Assembly (NCBI GenBank): GCA_021650915.1
Contig: CP091279.1
Location: 990,001 to 1,022,000, forward strand
Direction: 5' to 3'
DNA length: 32,000 nucleotides
Source: Candidatus Brocadia sp.
Lineage (GTDB): Bacteria > Planctomycetota > Brocadiia > Brocadiales > Brocadiaceae
The notes beneath the pieces are model-generated. The model was not told where the DNA came from and searched no databases. It saw only the letters and a program-made list of their open reading frames with translations. The position numbers were made by a program, and so were the translations under genes. Positions 27,983 to 32,000 of this stretch are shown one piece after another. The first letter of the stretch is position 1, and every line of letters begins with the position of its first letter.

Positions 27983-29032
27983 TTATTTAAGGCCGCCCAA
28001 AGCACTCGGGCTGCTGACCAGTGTCTCTATCGATTCCTTTGCTACCAAGCCTTTCTGGCAGAGTTCTATCAACGACTGATCCATCGTCTGCATGCCGTGC
28101 TGCCGTCCCGTTTGTATCGACGAAGGAATTTGTGCTATCTTGTTTTCACGGATCAGGTTTCTTACCGCCGGTGTGCCTATCATAATTTCCAACGCAGCAA
28201 CCCGCCCCGTTCCGTCCTTTTTCTTGACAAGCTGTTGAGTAATCACCGCCTGTAACGACTCGGAAAACATCGTCCGCACCTGTTCCTGCTGATTGGGCGG
28301 AAAAACGTCAATGATCCTGTCCACCGTTTTGGGCGCACTGGACGTATGTAACGTGCCAAAGACCAGGTGTCCGGTCTCTGCGGCAGTAAGGGCAAGCGAA
28401 ATCGTCTCCAGATCTCTCATTTCTCCCACCAGGATAATATCCGGATCTTCACGCAATGCCGACCTCAAGGCATTGGCAAAACTATGGGTATGTGAACCCA
28501 ATTCCCGCTGGTTGACCAATGAATTTTTTGACTGATGCACAAACTCTATCGGGTCCTCTACCGTGAGAATATGACATTTTTCCTCACGGTTGATGAGATC
28601 AATCATTGCCGCCAGGGTAGTCGACTTCCCGCTCCCCGTAGGTCCGGTAACGAGGACAAGCCCTTTTTCCTTTTTCGTCAGATCCCCCACAATCTTTGGC
28701 ATGTTAAGTTGTTCCAAAGTAAGGATATTCACGGGGATTGTCCTGAAGACTATGGATTCCCCTCGGTTCTGGACAAAGGCATTCACCCTGAACCGTCCGG
28801 AAGTACTCAATGCAATGGCAAAATCAAGTTCGTGGCGCTCTTCATAAACCTTGCGCTGCTGGTCGTTCAGGATATCATACAGCATCTTATGTACCGCCTC
28901 CCGATCCAGCGGTGGCGCGTCAATTTTCCTTACGTCTCCATGAATACGGATCATGGGAGGCTCCCCTGAGCTGATATGGATATCCGAGGCGTTCTCTTTT
29001 TTAGCGAATGCGAGTAGTTCTAAAATTTCCAT
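27983..29032 (-). CDS. pilT: Type IV pilus twitching-motility ATPase PilT
   Basis: 349 aa. ASDIHISSGEPPMIRIHGD, GPTGSGKSTT, DIILVGEMRD, GHLVFGTLHTSSAPKTVDRIIDVFP, AALEIMIGTPAVRNLIRE. Confidence 0.9.
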   Translation of the reverse strand: MEILELLAFAKKENASDIHISSGEPPMIRIHGDVRKIDAPPLDREAVHKMLYDILNDQQRKVYEERHELDFAIALSTSGRFRVNAFVQNRGESIVFRTIPVNILTLEQLNMPKIVGDLTKKEKGLVLVTGPTGSGKSTTLAAMIDLINREEKCHILTVEDPIEFVHQSKNSLVNQRELGSHTHSFANALRSALREDPDIILVGEMRDLETISLALTAAETGHLVFGTLHTSSAPKTVDRIIDVFPPNQQEQVRTMFSESLQAVITQQLVKKKDGTGRVAALEIMIGTPAVRNLIRENKIAQIPSSIQTGRQHGMQTMDQSLIELCQKGLVAKESIETLVSSPSALGGLK

Positions 29033-29034
29033 GG
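29016..29034. repeat. 19-bp exact direct repeat AGTTCTAAAATTTCCATGG, copy 1 (covers pilT start codon)
   Basis: Identical 19-mer at 29796-29814. Checked base by base. Confidence 0.9.
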
Positions 29035-29037
29035 ATA

Positions 29038-29260
29038 TATAGTATTACTGTATAAAAACTTCTTTTTTCTGTAAGTTTTTTCACAAACCCCTTTCAGGAG
29101 GTGCCGTTTTTTATGAGGGAAAGATTGCTTCGCTTCACTCGCAATGACAACATGCAGTGTACCATCAGAGTGCATGGCCGGTGTCATTGCGAGGGCCTTT
29201 TCCGAAGCAATCTCCCCGCTTTCATAAAGGAAATTTGGTTGCGGCTGTGCCGCACTATGG
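29038..29260 (+). repeat. 222-bp interspersed repeat, copy C, ending 5 nt from the pilT ATG
   Basis: Aligns with copy B with about 12 differences by eye. Track ORF 29157..29348 is an artefact of it. Confidence 0.85.
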
Positions 29261-29309
29261 TTATCTTATAAAAATCTTTGAATACAAACAAATAACCCGG
29301 TTCTTTTTT

Positions 29310-29411
29310 TCAATGGGTGTGTTTTTCTCCGCGCTCCTTTCTATGTGAGACAAAGAATACTACCAAGGCTAATATGATGCATCCTGCAAGCATGATATAG
29401 AGACTCGTCAT
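29310..29411 (-). CDS. Possible 33-aa single-TM peptide
   Basis: Manual translation gives MTSLYIMLAGCIILALVVFFVSHRKERGEKHTH*. Preceded by GGAGGAGGG 7 nt upstream. Too short for the ORF track. No homology assessment possible. Confidence 0.3.
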   Translation of the reverse strand: MTSLYIMLAGCIILALVVFFVSHRKERGEKHTH

Positions 29412-29795
29412 GGTTTATCCCTCCTCCTCGGGTATGGTGAAATAAGCAACTATAAACATTATTATAACAGCAAAGATAATGAATATGGCAGACAGAGAAG
29501 TAAGCTTATTGGTAAGGATGCCGCCAATAAGCCCTATGGTTAATAGATATTTTGTATTTTGCCAGCCTCATAGCGTCGTTTTGAGTATCTCATATTGATT
29601 TAAATTGTTATTTTGTTCAATCTCGGCGATCTCTCATTAGCAATTTGAACTCAATATTTTAAAACGTCAACACAACTTTGGTTTCATTCTGAGGATTTGC
29701 AGATGATCATCTCCAATTTTTTCAAGGAGATCATTTCTATCCAAACAAACGATACCGTCTCTTAAGTCCAAATTGTAAACCTGAATCCGCCAGGG

Positions 29796-29814
29796 AGTTC
29801 TAAAATTTCCATGG
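29796..29814. repeat. 19-bp exact direct repeat AGTTCTAAAATTTCCATGG, copy 2 (immediately after tldD stop)
   Basis: Identical to 29016-29034. Here it would encode only MEILELPGGFRFTIWT*. Confidence 0.9.
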
Positions 29815-31176
29815 TTATCTCCCCCCGATAACGACATTTCGTATACGGACGTGCGGGCCGCCATCGCCTACCCGTAATGGCGATTGCCCACCCTTACCGC
29901 ATCCTCCCAGACCTCCGTGTATCTGAAGATCGTTTCCAATCGCATCGATATTCATCAGCGTTTCAAATACATTTCCCGTAAGAACAACGTCCTTTATCTG
30001 TTCTTTCAGCTTTCCATTCCTTATCATATAAGCCTCTTCTGCGCTGAAGGTAAACATTTCCATATTCGTCTGGCCGCCTAATGCGCCAATGGCATAAATA
30101 CCGTTGTCAACCTCTGAGAGCATTTTCTCGAAGGCATAGTCGCGGGGTTCCATATAGGTATTTGTCATACGAACTATAGGCGCATGGGCATACCCGATTG
30201 CCCGCGCATTACCGGTTGGTTTTTCCTGCATCTTTGCAGCCGTTTCCCGTGAATGGAGGCGGCTCGTCAGGATACCATCTTTGATGAGATGCGTCTTTTG
30301 CGTCGGTGTGCCCTCATTATCATATTTATTGTACCCCGCCTCACCCACAAGAGACCCTTCGTCCACGATGGAAAGGGCGTCACTCCCAAAGCGTTTTCCG
30401 ATAACCATAATCTCCCGCATCTTCTTGTTTTCATAAATAAAATCGGCCTCACTAAGATGTCCAAATGCTTCATGAATAAAGACACCGCAAAGTTTTGGAT
30501 CAACAATAACCGTATATTTACCCCCTACAACCGGCTTCGCCGTGAGCAGGTCAATCGCACGCTTCGCCACTTCCTGACATTTATTTTCCATGTGCCGGAC
30601 ATTGTTGAATCCCCGTAAATCACCAACTGAATGGTAGGCCTGCTGCACATTCATGCCGTCCCTGGCCATGGCAAGCAGCGAAATACCGCAAAAAATTGTT
30701 TCCTGCACGATAAAACTGCCTTCGGTATTGGCAAAATACACCGTTCCGTGAGAATCGAGATACCGCACATTTGAGGTTTGTATCTGTTTCGACGAGAGAA
30801 TGATATTGTTGTAAGTATGACAAAGGGCCTGTTTATCCGTTAACGAGATATCGGCGGGGTCTGTATCCACCTTTGTCTTCACCAAATCATGGATTACCGG
30901 CACCGGAGCAAGCAGGCTCTGCTCTTTCCCGACACATTGCGCTTGTTCACAAGCCATTTCTACATAGCGCGGAAGATCCGCTATATCATTAAAGGCTACA
31001 AACCCCCAACCGCCTTTAACCAATGCCCTCACACATCCGCCAAAAGTAGTATTCTCTCCAATATTTTCCAGTTCTTTCCCTACATAGGTAATTCCTGTAT
31101 TAACACCTTCCTGCGCTCTTATTTCAACATAGTCTGCCTTTGCCTCTTTCAGGGCATTTTTTATGAGTTTTTCCAT
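29815..31176 (-). CDS. tldD: TldD-family metalloprotease
   Basis: 453 aa. HExxxH zinc motif in IHEAFGHLSEAD. GNARA..., GGQTNMEMFTFSAEEAYMIRNGK and a C-terminal GGCGKGGQ motif. Confidence 0.9.
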   Translation of the reverse strand: MEKLIKNALKEAKADYVEIRAQEGVNTGITYVGKELENIGENTTFGGCVRALVKGGWGFVAFNDIADLPRYVEMACEQAQCVGKEQSLLAPVPVIHDLVKTKVDTDPADISLTDKQALCHTYNNIILSSKQIQTSNVRYLDSHGTVYFANTEGSFIVQETIFCGISLLAMARDGMNVQQAYHSVGDLRGFNNVRHMENKCQEVAKRAIDLLTAKPVVGGKYTVIVDPKLCGVFIHEAFGHLSEADFIYENKKMREIMVIGKRFGSDALSIVDEGSLVGEAGYNKYDNEGTPTQKTHLIKDGILTSRLHSRETAAKMQEKPTGNARAIGYAHAPIVRMTNTYMEPRDYAFEKMLSEVDNGIYAIGALGGQTNMEMFTFSAEEAYMIRNGKLKEQIKDVVLTGNVFETLMNIDAIGNDLQIHGGLGGCGKGGQSPLRVGDGGPHVRIRNVVIGGR

Positions 31177-31240
31177 GGAAATTCTTCCTCTGCATGATAA
31201 ATCACGTGTTAAAAGCCATCTTTTTTGTCATCCCTATCCA

Positions 31241-32000
31241 TCATCTTATCATCTTTTCAAATGTTTCTTCATCAAGGATAGCGACATCTAACTCTCTGGC
31301 TTTATCGAGTTTGGAGCCAGGATCTTCTCCTACTACAAGATAATTGGTCTTTTTACTTACCTGGGACACGATCCTTCCCCCCTGCTGTTTAATTAGCATC
31401 TCAGCCTCTTTGCGGGAGTGTTTTTGTAAAGTACCGGTAATGATGAAAGATTTGCCGGAAATTTTTGGGTTTTTTTCTGACGATGGAATAGTTTGTCTTC
31501 TGATATTAACACCGGCAGCCTTCAGCTTTTCAAGAATGCCTTGCGTGTGTTTGTCCTGAAAAAACTCAACAATGCTCTTGGCAACTACCGGCCCAATTTC
31601 ATAAATCCCTTCCAGTGCTCCATGCGTTGCATGCGCCAGTGCGTCGAGGGTATCGAAGTGTCCCGCCAAAACTTCTGCCGTATGTGTACCGACATTAGGA
31701 ATTCCCAAGGCACAAATCAAACGATCCAAACCCCGTTGCTTGCTTTCCTCAATGGCACGGATCACGTTTGAAGACGACTTTTCTCCCATCCGTTCTAAAT
31801 CCGTCAACTCCTGATGCTTAAGATGATAAATATCGGCGTAGTCTTTTACTAAACCTTTGTCAACCAATTGCTCAACGAGCGCCGGGCCAAATCCCTCTAT
31901 ATCCATGGCATGGCGGCTTGCAAAGTATATGATGCGCCTTTTCGCCTGTGCCGGGCAAAAAGGATTATGACAGCGCCGGTACACGCCATCTTGCTGAACG
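31241..32000 (-). CDS. ligA: NAD-dependent DNA ligase LigA, C-terminal part (runs off right edge)
   Basis: Zn-finger region RCHNPFCPAQ, HhH repeats (IEGFGPALVEQLV, LGIPNVGTHTAEVLA) and the BRCT domain (GKSFIITGTL...SKKTNYLVVGEDPGSKLDKA). The frame stays open upstream of 31984 to position 32000. Confidence 0.9.
   Translation of the reverse strand, partial: VQQDGVYRRCHNPFCPAQAKRRIIYFASRHAMDIEGFGPALVEQLVDKGLVKDYADIYHLKHQELTDLERMGEKSSSNVIRAIEESKQRGLDRLICALGIPNVGTHTAEVLAGHFDTLDALAHATHGALEGIYEIGPVVAKSIVEFFQDKHTQGILEKLKAAGVNIRRQTIPSSEKNPKISGKSFIITGTLQKHSRKEAEMLIKQQGGRIVSQVSKKTNYLVVGEDPGSKLDKARELDVAILDEETFEKMIR

Noticed and set aside
29667-29864. ORF 29667..29864 (65 aa)
   Set aside because: It overlaps the tldD 3' end and the duplicated pilT-start stub. 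It has no SD and appears to be a by-product of the insertion junction.

Overview
The window has four blocks.

**(1) 1-7935, minus strand: type I-C CRISPR-Cas.** The operon is near complete and tightly overlapping: cas3-cas5-cas8c(+internal cas11c)-cas7-cas4-[extra ORF]-cas1. cas1 runs off the left edge. cas2 and the array are presumably beyond position 1, and no CRISPR array is visible in the window. The unusual point is a 191-aa four-helix-bundle protein (23S rRNA intervening-sequence / DGR Avd-like family). It sits exactly between cas4 and cas1 and overlaps both neighbours.

**(2) 8.5-21.5 kb: metal (mainly nickel) homeostasis.**
- A nikR-nikM-(N/L-like)-nikQ-nikO ECF transporter operon with a near-consensus promoter overlapped by a NikR-box-like palindrome.
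- A CooT-type Ni chaperone with a His-rich partner.
- Two paralogous outer-membrane beta-barrels, one carrying a Met-rich loop.
- A Cys-rich secreted protein, a His-rich periplasmic protein and a CaCA antiporter.
- A deoxyhypusine-synthase-like gene with a Zn-ribbon partner.
- A 1.86-kb IS element.

**(3) 22-31 kb.** A 977-aa DUF748/AsmA-like envelope protein, then pmbA, pilU, pilT and tldD.

**(4) 31.2 kb to the right edge.** The 3' part of ligA.

**Repeats.** Intergenic DNA is dense with interspersed repeat families.
- A 222-bp element occurs three times. Two inverted copies bracket the nik operon, and the third abuts the pilT start codon.
- Copies of a 17-mer/T-rich module, plus CATTGCGAG hairpin units and several perfect hairpins.
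- A 19-bp exact duplication of the pilT start region marks a 761-bp insertion between tldD and pilT.

All family assignments come from reading the translations by eye; no database search was possible. The repeat families and gene content remind me of anammox/Planctomycetota-type genomes, but that is only an impression.
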